Below are positions 11,501-24,772 of a DNA stretch of 64,000 bases, one piece after another (position 1 is the stretch's first letter; each line of letters opens with the position of its first letter). The position numbers and the translations under genes are program-made. The stretch comes from Camelus dromedarius. Lineage: Eukaryota. Under the pieces are notes generated by a model. That model was not told where the DNA came from and did not search any database. It saw only the letters and a list, made by a program, of their open reading frames with translations. The stretch lies in assembly GCF_036321535.1 (NCBI RefSeq), contig NC_087436.1, forward strand, positions 98,768,001-98,832,000. Reading direction: 5' to 3'.

Positions 11501-14500
11501 GACAATTGTCTTATTTTTATTGTCACTGTGTGAATCACCTCAAAGTTACAAGCCACACACATTACAGTTACATGAATAAACTAGTAAGTTCAGCATTTTT
11601 AGCTACAATATTTTCAAAGCATCCTGAACACTTCTTGAGTTATTATTAGGTGTTACTCATTTTAACATAATTTAGAAAGTGAAATGCATTGTTTTTGAAA
11701 GCAAAATAGTAGAGCACTGAGGGGAACAAAATCATTCCCAAAATCTTTACAAATCATTGTTATATGTAATTTCACACTGTTTCACTGTTTTAAAATGACC
11801 TTTACCTTTGGGTTTTAAACGGTTATGAATACTATGAAGAATTCTTCAAATCGTGGTCTATCATAATGGTTGACTATCTGCTCTGTGTACTCTAATGACT
11901 CTCTAGTGGGTAGCAGTAAACATTACATCTGTCTTATTACACATAGCACCACTCTCTGTGCTACAATTCATATTTATAACCTCTTAAGTGAGTTACACAG
12001 AAAACCAAGGCCTCCGATATTCTACACCATTCAACCTAGTGTTCTTCATCTATTGGAGCTCAGAAAATATTCATTGAATGAATGAGTGACCAAATAAAAT
12101 AATTGAAACTGGCTTTGCCATATTTTCCTTGATTGGTTGTTTTTATTTATTTGTCTATTTATTCAGGTATTTATTTTTGCAGATAGGGAGAAGCAATACT
12201 GTAAACTCTAAAAAGAATTTTTCTCCTTTTTGTCACAATTTTAGTTCTTCAGTTGTTTTGGGGGATTTATGCCTTGGAGCACATGAAGTTATTACTTCTC
12301 CAGCAAATCGTGTAAATTTATATTCTAAACTCTATATTTATTCCTCGGAAGACATACCATTAAATACATATAAACATCTACAGCCTCTCCAACAATATTG
12401 ATATACAAGATCCATGATATAAATAACAAAAGGAAAAATCACACTGAGAAATGCTAAAGCTGCACACTGGTAAGAATTCCTGGCAGAGGTTTTCCATTGT
12501 TCTATTGCTCTAAACTAGCCCCGAACTCAAAGAATGAAAGAATACCAAAGGCAGAAACATTCAGAATAAGGAGTAATGGTCAACCCACTAAGAAGGCAAT
12601 CTTTAGAGTCTTAACTAGTGAAATTGGATTGTGCACAAAAATGTAGACTAAGCAGAAACTGAGTATAAACTGAAGTTGTTCTCAAGAATCAGATAGATAC
12701 ACACTTCAATTTTCCACCTTGTTAAGCTCTGTTACTAAGGGTGATTTATTTAAACTCCTTGAATCTCAGTTTTCTACAATGCAGTAAATCTCTCAGTAGG
12801 CCAGATTTTAAGTCAAGTACAAACACAAACCTTGTGAACATCAGTTGAAGATTTGTACCATCAGGCAGAAATTGTTGGATCTATGCAATGGTGGGGAAAA
12901 CATAGGAAGTAGAATAAAAATTGAAATAAGAATTTTAAAAATCATGCTGTCCTGGATCTGATAATAGCTACCTTCGTGACCTTGAGCTAATTACTTAATG
13001 GTTCTGGGCCTCATGTTTCTCAATGAAACACTGAGAAGATTGACATAAATGGCTTCTGATGACATAAACACAAAACTTTGCAAACGCTAAGCTTCATACA
13101 TTGTTCTTGGAGCACTTCCCCATGATGTCTCTTGATGTAACAGCAAAATTGTGCTGCTCCTATGAGTCCAGAAAGGAGTGTGCCTAAACCATAAGCTTGT
13201 GGGTAAGTTAGAACACAAGCAGAATGCTACACCTCCTGCAGACTCTTCGGAGTATTAATAAGTCTCTGAATTCCCTGGGCCAGTTTACACTGCTAAGCTT
13301 CATTCTGCTCTCTGCTTTCATATTGCTTTTTGCTTCACTCATAAAAGAGCTGTTCTTCTTCCTTGCCATGAAGAAGAGATGAAGTTCAATAACGTTCCCT
13401 TGTAATGACTCTTCATGTTGTTCCTTTCTCCAATAAAAACAGACCTAAAATTTCAGCTAGTTCTAAGAGATGTATGGGATGGATGATGGATATAAAGTTC
13501 CACATATTTTTTCTGTGAATATAACTATCCGGCAATGAGAAACCTGTAATTGCCTGCCACTTCCTTTGGAAACATCTAAAATATTGATGCCTCTGTAACT
13601 TCTCACAAAAGCTTTTGAAGTTCTCCCGAGACACAGAAAGAACAAGGAATGTAAGATATGTGCTGTATAATCATTTTAGGATGAAAGATGTAAATTGCTT
13701 AATAAATTTTGTACACATATATACATACATATGCATTTTTATGTACATACATTCACATTGAAATACTTTGACTCAGATATCAAGCAACAGTAATAATGGT
13801 TAGCTTACCTCTACTGGTGTGAGCTTTTAACTGTAAAACTGTGCATAAAAGAAAGGAAATGAAGAAAATGCTTCAACAAATAAAATGAAAGCCCCAAGGT
13901 CAAGTGAAATGTCACTGATGAAACTATATCAGGTTGAGTAGCACCAAAATAATGCATGACTCAAGTCTTACACATCGCTGCGGTGTCTACTGCATCTGTT
14001 TCTCATGTTCCAACTTTCTTTTTTTCTGTCTTACTTTTACCCTAACACTTCTCTTTATTCTTAATTTTTACTGTGAAATGGATCTTTCTGTATATAGCAC
14101 TTGGATTTTACTCCACTCAACTGCCTGCAAAAATCCCTTGTATATCTCATATTAACCAATTCTCAAAAAAAAGTTTGATTGGGTAGGTTAACAGGGTTTC
14201 TAAATCAGTCTTCCTCATAAAGCCACTGGCCTCCCTTACATTTAGCATAACTTTTAGTCAGGCAACAATCTGTAGTACAATCAGCTCTGAGGAAATCCTT
14301 CTGGTCATCAGACCCAAGGCATGGCAACCCACATACACAGAACTGTGTCTGGGCACTTGACTCAAAAGGGGGCCATTGGCTTAACAAGAACTCAGAGGGT
14401 AATTCATCTTACAATACTCACATAAATCTGTTTTTAATAAGTATGAATAATTACTTCAAAAATGGATATGTGAACATGTATATGAAAGTACACATAAAAA

Positions 14501-15489
14501 TATATATATAATACAGACATTTGCTTATGTATTTGATGTAATAATAACTGTTGATGACATGTATTTGCATTTGATAAATTGATAGCACTATGTGATAGAT
14601 GATAGATAGAACAAAGAATAAAATAATATATTAGTATTCTTTTTAAAAATATGTCTGTGCTATTTAACATTCTATATTCACTTACATCTAATTATCTTCA
14701 ACAGAGTTTTTGGAAAGTTGAACTTGTGGTAATTTTTTTCCCTGAGGGTGTGATTTAAATTTCATTTATTTACTCACTTGTTTCAAAAGTCATCACCACA
14801 TTGATCAGTCACCATGGTGAAATGTTGTAGTGCTTTATGTGCTAAAGGAAAATACATTGCTTTTGAAATTAAAGTTTACATTTCTATGAGTACCTGAAAA
14901 TATGTCCACAAATACACTATCAAGGGCAAAATTAATTCTTAGCAATTCCTTATTAGAGAAGTGTTGTCTGTATTATTCATCTTCATAAACTGTATACCCC
15001 TCTTTTTTACCAGCTCCAAAACATTTTTTAAAACAAGATTGATCACTACAATTTATACAATTGAGCAAATCAGCAATGATATTGATCGAACTTTTCAAGA
15101 ACATTGCCTGAGCTACTGAATCAACTAGAATTTATTTAAGCTACCTGTTTGAAATGTCCCAGACATTGGTTAGTAAATAGCTTACTAGTCCTAACTTCGG
15201 TGTTTTTCTTTGGTTCCTGTGATAACAGATGTAGAAATGATACTTATTCTGTTTGCCTTATCTGTAAATACTTAAAGCACAAATGATCACTATATTTTCT
15301 ACAATTTTTTACAAACCATATGTTAAGGCAGCTGTAATGTGCTAATAATGGCTTCTATTTAAAGCATAACACTGAACTTGATGCTGTTGGTAATTATGCA
15401 ACATAAATTTTTAAAAATACACTTATTTTCATGATTAAGACTTATACAAATGATATGTTTAATTAGAGTAATTAATAGATGAAATTGGT

Positions 15490-15680
15490 AAGCTTCTGAA
15501 TTTATAGAACTTGGGCTTAATCTTGGCTCCACTGTTCAACAAGAACTGTGTGTCTTTGAACAATCTGCTTAACACTTTTGTGCCTCTATTTCTTTATAAA
15601 TAAATGTGGATAATAATAACATTCATTGTGATAATGCATGTAACATGCTTTCTATAATTCTTGACAGTTGCTTAGTTAAC
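15490..15680 (+). mobile_element. MIR
   Basis: ttgggcttaatcttggctccact...tgtgtgtctttgaacaatctgcttaacac...tgcctctatttcttt: MIR core pattern. Confidence 0.6.
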
Positions 15681-16131
15681 ATGAAGTCATAGTGTCAGAG
15701 AGATTGGGCAAGAGGACTAACACGTGTTGTTCACGCCCAGTTCCCAGGCCACATCCCTGGTGCCTTCTTCTCTGACCCACAGGCTGCAAGTGTACTCCTC
15801 TACTGCTAAGATGTAAGTAGAGAGAGTATAAAGTTAAAAATTTAAACTAATCATCAGTGTCCCCCTGAAATAGGACGAATAAGCAATGAAACATACAATT
15901 TTTTGACAAAAGTCTTAGTGTTCACACCAGACTCCCTTCTGGGCACCTCTGTTCTAGAGGAAAAACTCTTAGGAACTCAGTTACATGGAGGAATACAAGA
16001 AATGCTTTTAGTATGGGTTTAGGGTTTGTTAGTTTTCCAACACAAGTGGCCAAATGATGAAAGGGCAAGTTAATATTGATGCATTTAAGTTTAATATGGG
16101 TCATATATTCACTGAGTCTAATGATGGGAGG

Positions 16132-16600
16132 CAGTAGTTTGATCAAGCCAGCTTGTAGTAAGTAGCTCGCCAGAGCCAATTTGTAAATATTCAGAAAATT
16201 TGTGAGATAGTTTTCAGACAGTTATGTTTAAAAATTAAATTACATAGTTACAGTTAAGTAAATTACATTTTAAAGTGTTTTAAATACACAAAAGTCATCA
16301 TGTCCCAGTCATTTTACTACATTTTCCTCTAACTTATGCTATTATAGTTACATCTCTTGCATTTCTGGAACTGCATGTTACTACACATCTCTTTCCAACT
16401 CTGTGGTGGGCCCCTTATATCAAAGTTTCAAATCAGCTATGGTAGGAATATATATACCACAGAACTCTGCAAACACTACAAACCAGGGTTTGATTTTCTT
16501 TTCTTTTTTTTTTTTTAATTGTCTAGATTGAAGAAAAATGGAGAATTATAATAATGGAGAATAAACTTAAGAGTGCTGTGTCTTTGGCCATTAACATTAT
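16132..16600 (+). mobile_element. hAT DNA transposon remnant (MER63-like)
   Basis: agccagcttgta...gctcgccagagccaatttgtaaatattcagaaaattt resembles the recalled MER63 5' end. Confidence 0.55.
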
Positions 16601-16609
16601 GAATACCTG

Positions 16610-18070
16610 CCTCACACAGTAACTGGTCAGCAGGGTATACTGTGTAAGACCTGGCTTCTTGCCTTCATTAGGCTCTAATTCTGAAAGGTCATCCCTGCTC
16701 CACAGCTACCTGTAGGACTGGCACAAGCCTCTGTTGCAAAAGTACCACAGTTCAGCGTATCCTACCATCTGCTTCCTTCACTCTTAAGAGATGTTGTTCC
16801 CAAGGGTATCGCCAAATAAACTTATTGTATGCAAATCTCTATCTGAATCTGTTTCCTGAGAAACTCAAACTAAGATAGTTGGTGTTTTGAGTGATTTGGA
16901 AAGCAAGTTATAAAATGGGATTTTGTAGTAGGCGGGCAAAGGGGCCCTTTCATGGATGGATCGCTCCGGGTATACTGTTATGGTAAAACATTAAATTGTG
17001 ACTGGGGTTGAACTAGGTTGAGATGCCAGTGTAAGCATATGAATTGTCAGGTGTGGTATCTCAGGACATTGAGAGGCACAAAAGAATCAGTGATTATAAG
17101 GACTGTGTAATAATCTGGCTGAGGTTGATAGATTCGTTAAAGACAATAAAAGGCTGAAGGTAAATAATCACCAGTGTATGGCAAAATGTGAAAACCAGAG
17201 GGATTAACAAACGGGTAGCGTATAAAGAGATAATCCTCTCCTTCAACAAGAGGCCAGAAGGAAAATGAGAAGCAGTCACAGGATTTCATTAAGAGGGTAT
17301 CAGAGTGTCAAAAGTTAAATTCTCAACTCCAGAAAATCTGTTATGCCAAGATTAGGTGTTTTACAGAGAAAATGGACACTGTATGAGTTGGATTAGGGAC
17401 ATGGGGATTGATGCACTGAAAAATCATGAATCCTTCGATTCCCGGAAATACTTTGGGTTTACTGAAGTGGCCATCTCCTCCATGTCAGCCCTTCCTTATT
17501 TAAAGACAGTACAGAGTCCCTATTATAGAATAAAACATGCCCTACCCCATTCCCACCTGCCTTCCTGGCCACTAGAGGAGGAACTGGGGTCAAAACACAA
17601 CAGAATCTGGATAAGCAAGTGCTCCATCTGGTAAAAGAAAAAAAGAGACTATATGCTGAAGAAGCTGCAGGTCTTTAAGCCGAAATGTTCTGGCAAGAGC
17701 CACAGAACCACATTTGTGGTTGGACCCTGAGGATACTGGGAAGCAACAGAAAATTGGATAAGTTCTTTGATACGGCTGCGCTTTCTCAGAACACAGGATT
17801 TAACACCTCAGTGAGGATTCTGGGAGATGTGCTAAAATGATGCTAGAATGACTTTTGGAAGCTTGGAGAAGCAATATTCCATAGTAAAACTGATAAAACA
17901 AAAATGCAAGGCAGATGGTAGAAGGAAGAATAATAAGGTTCAGAAAAGTGAGGATATTAGAATAAATACACTAATAAAACCCATCTGCCTATTCTTTTTG
18001 ACGGGAAGACCCAGAGGGCATTCCATTCACTAAAGCAATAAGGAATGCAGTGTTTAAAAGATTACTAGCA
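16610..18070 (+). mobile_element. Ancient ERVL: LTR16-like 3' part (to ~16877) plus degraded internal/gag-region fragment
   Basis: LTR16-type end aataaactt...tgcaaatctctatctgaatctgtttcctgagaaactcaaactaagata, directly followed by gttggtg (internal start) and later ggaagacccagagg...cattcactaaagcaataaggaatgca. Confidence 0.6.
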
Positions 18071-18074
18071 CTTC

Positions 18075-18466
18075 TTACATGTTTGTTACACCATCTGAAA
18101 TTGTTCCATTGTTCCTGGATGTTTTGTTTTGTTGTTAATTTTCATTTTTGTCTCTCCTCATTTCAGTTTGGGGAGTTACTACTGATGTATCTTTAGGCTC
18201 ATTTATTCTTTCCTTGGCTACACCCAAAGCAATTCATTAAAATTATCATTTAATTTTTCCTACCTGTTTATGAGATTAGCAGCTTCTCCTGGTGAGCAGG
18301 TCTCATTTGTGACCTTCTGGATTCACTTATCTTTACAGATGTTGAGATGGCATTTTGTAAGCTCAAAGAAAGTCACTGATCTTGAGTTTGTTCAGCTTGT
18401 ATTTGTTGTAAAGATGGGAGTAATGATTACTAAACTATTCACATGGTGGAGCTGAAACCAGAAGTC
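18075..18466 (-). mobile_element. Old L1 5'-region fragments (L1MC/MD-like)
   Basis: Antisense L1 5' end ...gtttgttcagcttg...ggagctgaaaccagaagtc. Confidence 0.5.
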
Positions 18467-18639
18467 TTTTCATATCCTTTTAATAACCAGTGCTCCAGTT
18501 AGCTGAAGTAACATTCCTTTTCTTTTTACCTAAATTATACTCATCTTTGCACACATCAGTGTCTCATTATCTCTCATTCCAGTATACCACCGAGGCATAA
18601 CTTTTCAGATTTAGTATTCTTCCTAGACTAAATATTTCA

Positions 18640-19025
18640 GATGAAAGATGGTAGATGTTTCCTCTCCCTGCTTAGCTTGGTCACAGGCCTATGTTCTATT
18701 CCTGACCAGTAAGAGGCTCTGGTAGGTGCTATGACTGTTGAGGCCATAGTTACAATATGCAGGAACAACAGAGAAATCTCACTGTAGAAGGATCTTATTT
18801 AAAATGAATTGGAGAATAATTATTGGTAACTGAGCTGTATACAGAGGCCTTACTATGACTTGACCTCCTGTTTGTTTTACTGCAGCCAACTTCCCCTTAG
18901 TCCCTGTTTTTCAAGCCTGTGAATTTTTAAACTATCTATTATCTTTCCAATAAATTCATTCTCTTCTTAAGCTAACCAGGGTTAGTTTTTCTTACATATA
19001 TACAACCGCAGAAACTGACTGATAT
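18640..19025 (+). mobile_element. Ancient ERVL/MaLR LTR remnant
   Basis: 3' end aataaattc...cttaagctaaccagggttagttttt...actgactgatata. Confidence 0.5.
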
Positions 19026-19344
19026 AAGAGAACTGTATTCAAAACACTATAAAATTATTTGTATTTGCTTATTGAAAATTAAAGCCCACTATAATAATAT
19101 CTTCATTATCATATCATAGGTTATTTTTTTTTTTAACTTTTACTCCTCTGGTAGGAATAATGGAAATTAAATACCTAAAAATCTAATACATACAAAGCAC
19201 TATCACCTAATGAAAGTTAATTTACAATTTAGGTTCTTAATTTTTCACCCTTTCTCCTATAAGAAAGTTTTTTAATGCCAAAAATAAATACTATACAGGA
19301 ATTTATAACTAGAATTAGTTATTAAAATACAGTATTAAAATGTT

Positions 19345-19795
19345 TGTTACCAAGTCCAAGCTCATAATGCTCGCTGCACAACAGGCCAATAAATCAAGAG
19401 ATGAATCACTGGGGCAAGGAACAGTGACTTTATTCAAAAAGCCAGTAGACCAAGAAGATTGTGGACTAGCATTCCAAAGAACCATCTTACCTGAGTTAAA
19501 ATTCAGGCTTCTTTTATACTAAAAGAGGAGGGAGTAAAGTCAAGCATTTCCTTTTCTGGTCAGCCTCCCTAGGGGATGTGTTAATTTCTTCCTTCCTGCA
19601 GTCATTCACAGGTGGGCCTGGTCAGGTTGTTTCTCCTGAGCTGAACGCTCATTCCCTGGGAGGCAGGGTTCCCAGAGATGGGCCATTTAAGTTCACAGGC
19701 AACAACCCTTTAGTGATTAACAAGCGATAGAGTACAAGGGTTAAAGTAAATGAAACAGATCTAATACAGAGTCAGAGTTATTCTTCCCTATTACA
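19345..19795 (-). mobile_element. ERV1-like solo LTR, family B-related
   Basis: TG...CA termini (TGTTACC...TATTACA); TSD tgtt/tatt; both ends homologous to the reverse complement of 29092-29644. Confidence 0.85.
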
Positions 19796-20093
19796 TATTC
19801 ACTAACAGAATAAATCTGTCAGTGAAATATGAACTTCAAAATATGGTAAATTGATATTCATTTCAAGATAAAGCTATTTCTTGTGGGATTAATTTCTTAT
19901 ATTTACTACAGATACAGAAAGACTGACTTTTCTATATATATTACACAAATGTAAAATACCTAATTGATAGGTTCACAGAAAGTAGAAAATAATGAGGGAA
20001 GAAAACATTTTTAATAAAAATCTCTGCACCCTAGTTGAAATATATTTATTCTATTACGGTATAAACATTTTTTATTGGTTTTTCAATCTGGGG

Positions 20094-20468
20094 TGTTAAA
20101 AGAGAAACAAGCAGCCCAAAATGGAGCCATTCGTGCTAAGCCTCACCAAGACTTAATATTGAACCTAATTGCCCAGGAGTAAAATTTCAAATCAATCAGT
20201 CTGGATATTCCTGGTCAGCCCTAGTGAGGTAATCTGCATGATAAACCCTCCTGCCTTTTCCCCTGAGGGCAGGTGACTTAGGCTCCACAATCTTTCCTTT
20301 TCTTTTGCTAATAACTTCCTTGTCCAGCTCCTTTGTAAAACTCTTTCCATTTTTTAGAGTGCCTTCCGGAACTTTTCTGTTTACTAGATGGGATACTGCC
20401 TGGTTCATGGATTGTTGAATAAAATCAATTAGATCTTCAAATTTACTCAGCTGAATATTTTTTAAACA
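20094..20468 (+). mobile_element. ERV1-like solo LTR
   Basis: TGTTAAA...TAAACA termini, perfect GGGG TSD (20090-20093 and 20469-20472), AATAAA near 20418. Confidence 0.85.
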
Positions 20469-21479
20469 GGGGAAATAGGAATATGTATTAAGTATTTAGT
20501 GATGTTTAGCACAAAATAAGGAAATGACATGTAATGTCAAAGGGCAATATTTTTAAAATAAAATATCCATGAGCACTATTTTATAATTCACAATTTATCT
20601 TATATTGTAAATTAAATTATTATTTTATTATAAATCAAAGTATTATTAAAATTATTTATAATAATTATTAGGTGTTATATTCAATTTCAATTTCCCTGTG
20701 AGCTGAATTCATTCATAATAATTGAGATTACTTGAAAAGGTCTAGGAAGGCAATGAGGAACTAGCTAGAACTATAAGGAAAAAAGATATTTGGTTATAGA
20801 TATTCTGCTAAGCAGAAATATTCAACTGTGTGCCAAGTGGTGAGTGATTTCCTACCTTTCTTTAGTCACTCTTGTCAGGTATCATCCTCCTTGGATTTTA
20901 TGTGCGCACATACCCACACATACATGTGATACAGAGTTATATGGAAATTAGAATAAAGTTATATAACACAGCAATTGTGCAACAGGACTGGTGGTCATCT
21001 TGAAGACCAGAAAATTTGCTATAAATTAAAATTCACAGACATGTCTAACATTTCTACAGTTAGCTGAGCTGACATCAGCGTTAAGGAATCCCCTTTAGAA
21101 GGTGTAAATCTTCACACTATTAGTGTTCTTATAGGTAGCTCTTAAGTCCTCATTGTTGCTGGTGTGTTAATGAGTAGAGAAACTTGACAAAGAAAGTTAG
21201 GTTATGGGAAAAATAGTTACTGGTTTCTGCATCTCCAGATTTATAACTTATGTAAATGTTTGTATTTTTTTTTAATTTAATTCCCAAATCAAAACTTTCA
21301 GTTAAAACAGTTTATTACAAAGAAAATAATTAAGATTTTTGGATTTTTTTTTAAATTTAAGCTGATTTTTAAGTTTAATTTTGTTTAATTTGTATTGTTT
21401 TCCAGCCCATCAACATATATTTCCAGTTCACTATTTCTTTTCACATTTTCCAATTTTCAATGCCTATCCTCAAGTCTCA

Positions 21480-22100
21480 CAGTCAACACCCACAGCAGCC
21501 AGTAAGTCTGAGAGTCAACTGCCCACCTCAGCCATTAAATAGCTCTAATTTTAGCAAAATTCCCCTCAAGTGATTTTCTTGGCCCCCACTTTCTAACTCC
21601 TGCAACATATCTAGATACTGCATCTCATTAATTTTCTCAAAACTTTTTGTTTTTTTAATGCACTCTTCTTGTTAAGCCTTTCTGATACCTTACATTGCCA
21701 AGAAAATAGTCTTTTATAATTTTACATTGACCTATCATTCCCAGTCTAAGATGAATTCACAAATTATTACCTATAATCTTGAAACCCAATTGCTGATTTC
21801 TTTTTTCTTTTGTGCCTTTATACTATTCCCTCATTCCTAGGATAATCTACCCCCTCATATCTGCTGTTAAAGTTATACAAATTTGATTTGGAGTGACCTA
21901 ATATCATTTTTATTTCCTTCTCGTAATCTTTGTCATGTTTTATCTTATCTGGATATCCTAGACTTTCTCACTTTTTATTGTGATCCTCCTATGTCTTTGT
22001 AAATATCTTTGTGTAAATCAGTACTTCACAAAAATAGTAAAATTTTTCATATAATCACTATCAATTACATATTTGGTGAGTGATTATTGAATAAATAAAA
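21480..22100 (+). mobile_element. Highly degraded L2 3' region
   Basis: Pyrimidine-rich L2-like tract ending atatttggtgagtgattattgaataaataa. Confidence 0.35.
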
Positions 22101-24623
22101 GGACAAAGAAAAAGCAACAGAAAAAATAAATAGTAATTAGTAATAGTAGTGATTAGATTAGTAAGGAAAACAAGTCAATTCTGCAAGCTGAAATGAAACT
22201 TTTTTTTCTTTCCTGTGTTCTATTAGCATTGTTCCTCTGTATCTTTAAATGATGCTAACCTTGATTTCTCTTAAAAGCTAGAATTTTTCCAACGCTCCAA
22301 AATTAAGGACATCTGTTTCAACTTCCCCCACACTCCGGCTTGGTAGTAAGACAATAATAATTGATAAACTCTGGGTCTCACATGGCAAACTTCTCTAAAA
22401 GCTCAAACGTTGTAGAACTTTGAAAATACAATACATTATTGACCTGATTGTCTAATACCCAATAGATTACTTTTTCTAGGCCTCAGTTCCTACATTATCT
22501 TTTGATGTTCCTGCAGAAGAGGTGAGTACTTGCAACACCAGCAGCCTAATTAGGAACACTTCTGTCACTAGGGGATATCTCAGACCTTCTTCATGCTCAA
22601 TCATCATGTCCTGAAATATATGGGGTGGGGTAATGCATCTTATAAATGCCAATTTATTTAGGTTCTAATCACAGATACTTCATCAACTGACAAAAGAAAA
22701 ACCTCAGTAGGTACACCACTTCAAAATCTGGGACAACTTACATGTAATTTCAGGAATCAGCAGGGACACACAGCTGGAGAAAAATAAAAAGCTTGCTGTA
22801 ATTGAAAATTGCCTTGCAGCTTGTTTGTGATTAAAATGAAGTTCAGTTCCTTGAAATCTCGTTTAGCAATTAAATCTGTTTTACTTAGGCATTGAAATAT
22901 TGTCTATTGTCCCGGAATGATCAAACTGGTACAGACATGTCTTAGTGTGAGATGTTACATGAAAATGTGAATTTAAGAAAATGTAGCCAAACCGATCACC
23001 ACAAGCAGAAGGCTGTCCTTCAGAGTAGTGAGAGCAATAACCAGCTCAGTTAGATTATCCATCTAACTTGAAAATTTAGAATTATATTGGATCATTATAT
23101 TAGCAAGAAAGATCAAAATGACAAAACCGAGTATCATACCTGAAAATGAACCATCTCAAGGCCGTGTGGTTTCTACACACACTTCTTTTGTTCAAGCTTT
23201 TCTAGTTCAACTAATTTCCCTTGTGGGTCTGGTATGCTTGTATATGCAAATAAATTTGTGGTTAATAAAATCTATTATCCTCAACGAGGCTCCAAATTTC
23301 ATTGTTTTCCAACAGCTGCTTCAAATAAATAAAAGGAAGGTAACATTTACAAAGGGAAGGAAATATTTCCTGCTCATCTAGAAAGACTTCATTCTCAGCA
23401 ACTAAATAACAAAATGAAATTTATTTGATTCACTTTGCAGCTCTGGGAACCTGCAATCATCCTCCAACTTTCTGGGAATATGGTTTTTGACAGCTTTGTC
23501 TTTTAGTTAATATTTTTCACTGTTAAAAGGCTTATGTGCATTTTCTTCCACTTTAATCTGTTTTCCCATAGAGAATGTAATAAATTCTCTTGCAAATATT
23601 TGCATGTCTGTGTATCTCTCTTGGTAGGCTGTTTATATTACGGCTCTTGTGTAAGTTAGATGAGTTCACCTCAGTAGCTACAGCTTCATTATTAACACAG
23701 CCTGCGTGGCATAGTTCAAAATCTTTCCAAGAGAAATTCTTCATAATCACTGTTACTCTAAGTTTCCATCACTCTAAGACCATCGTCGATTCATTTCAGG
23801 GAGAAATAGAAAGATTCACTTAGATTGGGTCTTAACAGGTAGAACGGTCTGGTCTCGTTTTGCAAAAACTTTTTGAATCATTCTCCCTCTCTCCAAAGGA
23901 AGGCTTCTGTCTGGTGTTTGATTATTATTCTTGATAAACTTGATTATAAATCACAAGTGGGCTAGCCTTGCCTTCTGAACTACAACTGTCTCCCTGTGTT
24001 TGCTGGGATGTTCACCTCAAAATGCTAGTTTTAATGTTTTTGTAAAAAATATATATAAATATATAAAACTTAAAGATACCCAAGAAATGGGCATTTCACA
24101 CTGCTTCCTAAACTTGAAAAGGATCACATGCATTGGGGGCGATAAAGCAGAGTCTTAGGGTTCAAAATGTTTACTACATTTCTATTTCCTTTTTTTAAGG
24201 TAAAAGGTTTTAATATTTTCTTGTCCACTCCCTCTCTGCCTAATACAATATTAGTTGCATTAATATTAGAAGGAACTGGATATGTAGTGTTCAAACATTT
24301 TTGCTTCTGTATCCCTCAAAATAATTCTGGGAAAACTAGCAACAGAGCAAATTTTGAATTGAAATCTAAATATTTTATCACAACTGGAGATATTTGCATA
24401 AAGCATAAGGTATATTTTTATATGCCTTGAGAACATTTTCATCAAATCTTAGAATTGCAGATTTTCTTTTTATAGATAATGACCACTGTAAACTAATCAG
24501 AAAAGCCAGTTCTTAAGGTCAATCAGCCAAAGCAAGCTTTATGTCAGAAAACATCTGTTGTGATTTTTTTTTTATTTCTTAAAAAACTGTTAATGCATGT
24601 TTCCACGATTCTTCTCACTTCTT

Positions 24624-24772
24624 TTTTGTTTTGATTTATTTTTAGGTTTTTTTTGGGGGGGGGGGCAATAATTAGGTTTCTTTCTTTCTTTCTTAATGGA
24701 AGTACTGGGGATTGAACCCAGGACCTTGTGCATGCTACGCATGTGATCTGCCACTAAGCTGTACACTCCCCC
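24624..24772 (-). mobile_element. tRNA-derived SINE (camelid vic-1-like)
   Basis: B box GGTTCAATCCC and A-box-like CAGCTTAGTGG on the minus strand; perfect 14-bp TSD TCTTCTCACTTCTT at 24610-24623 and 24773-24786. Confidence 0.92.
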
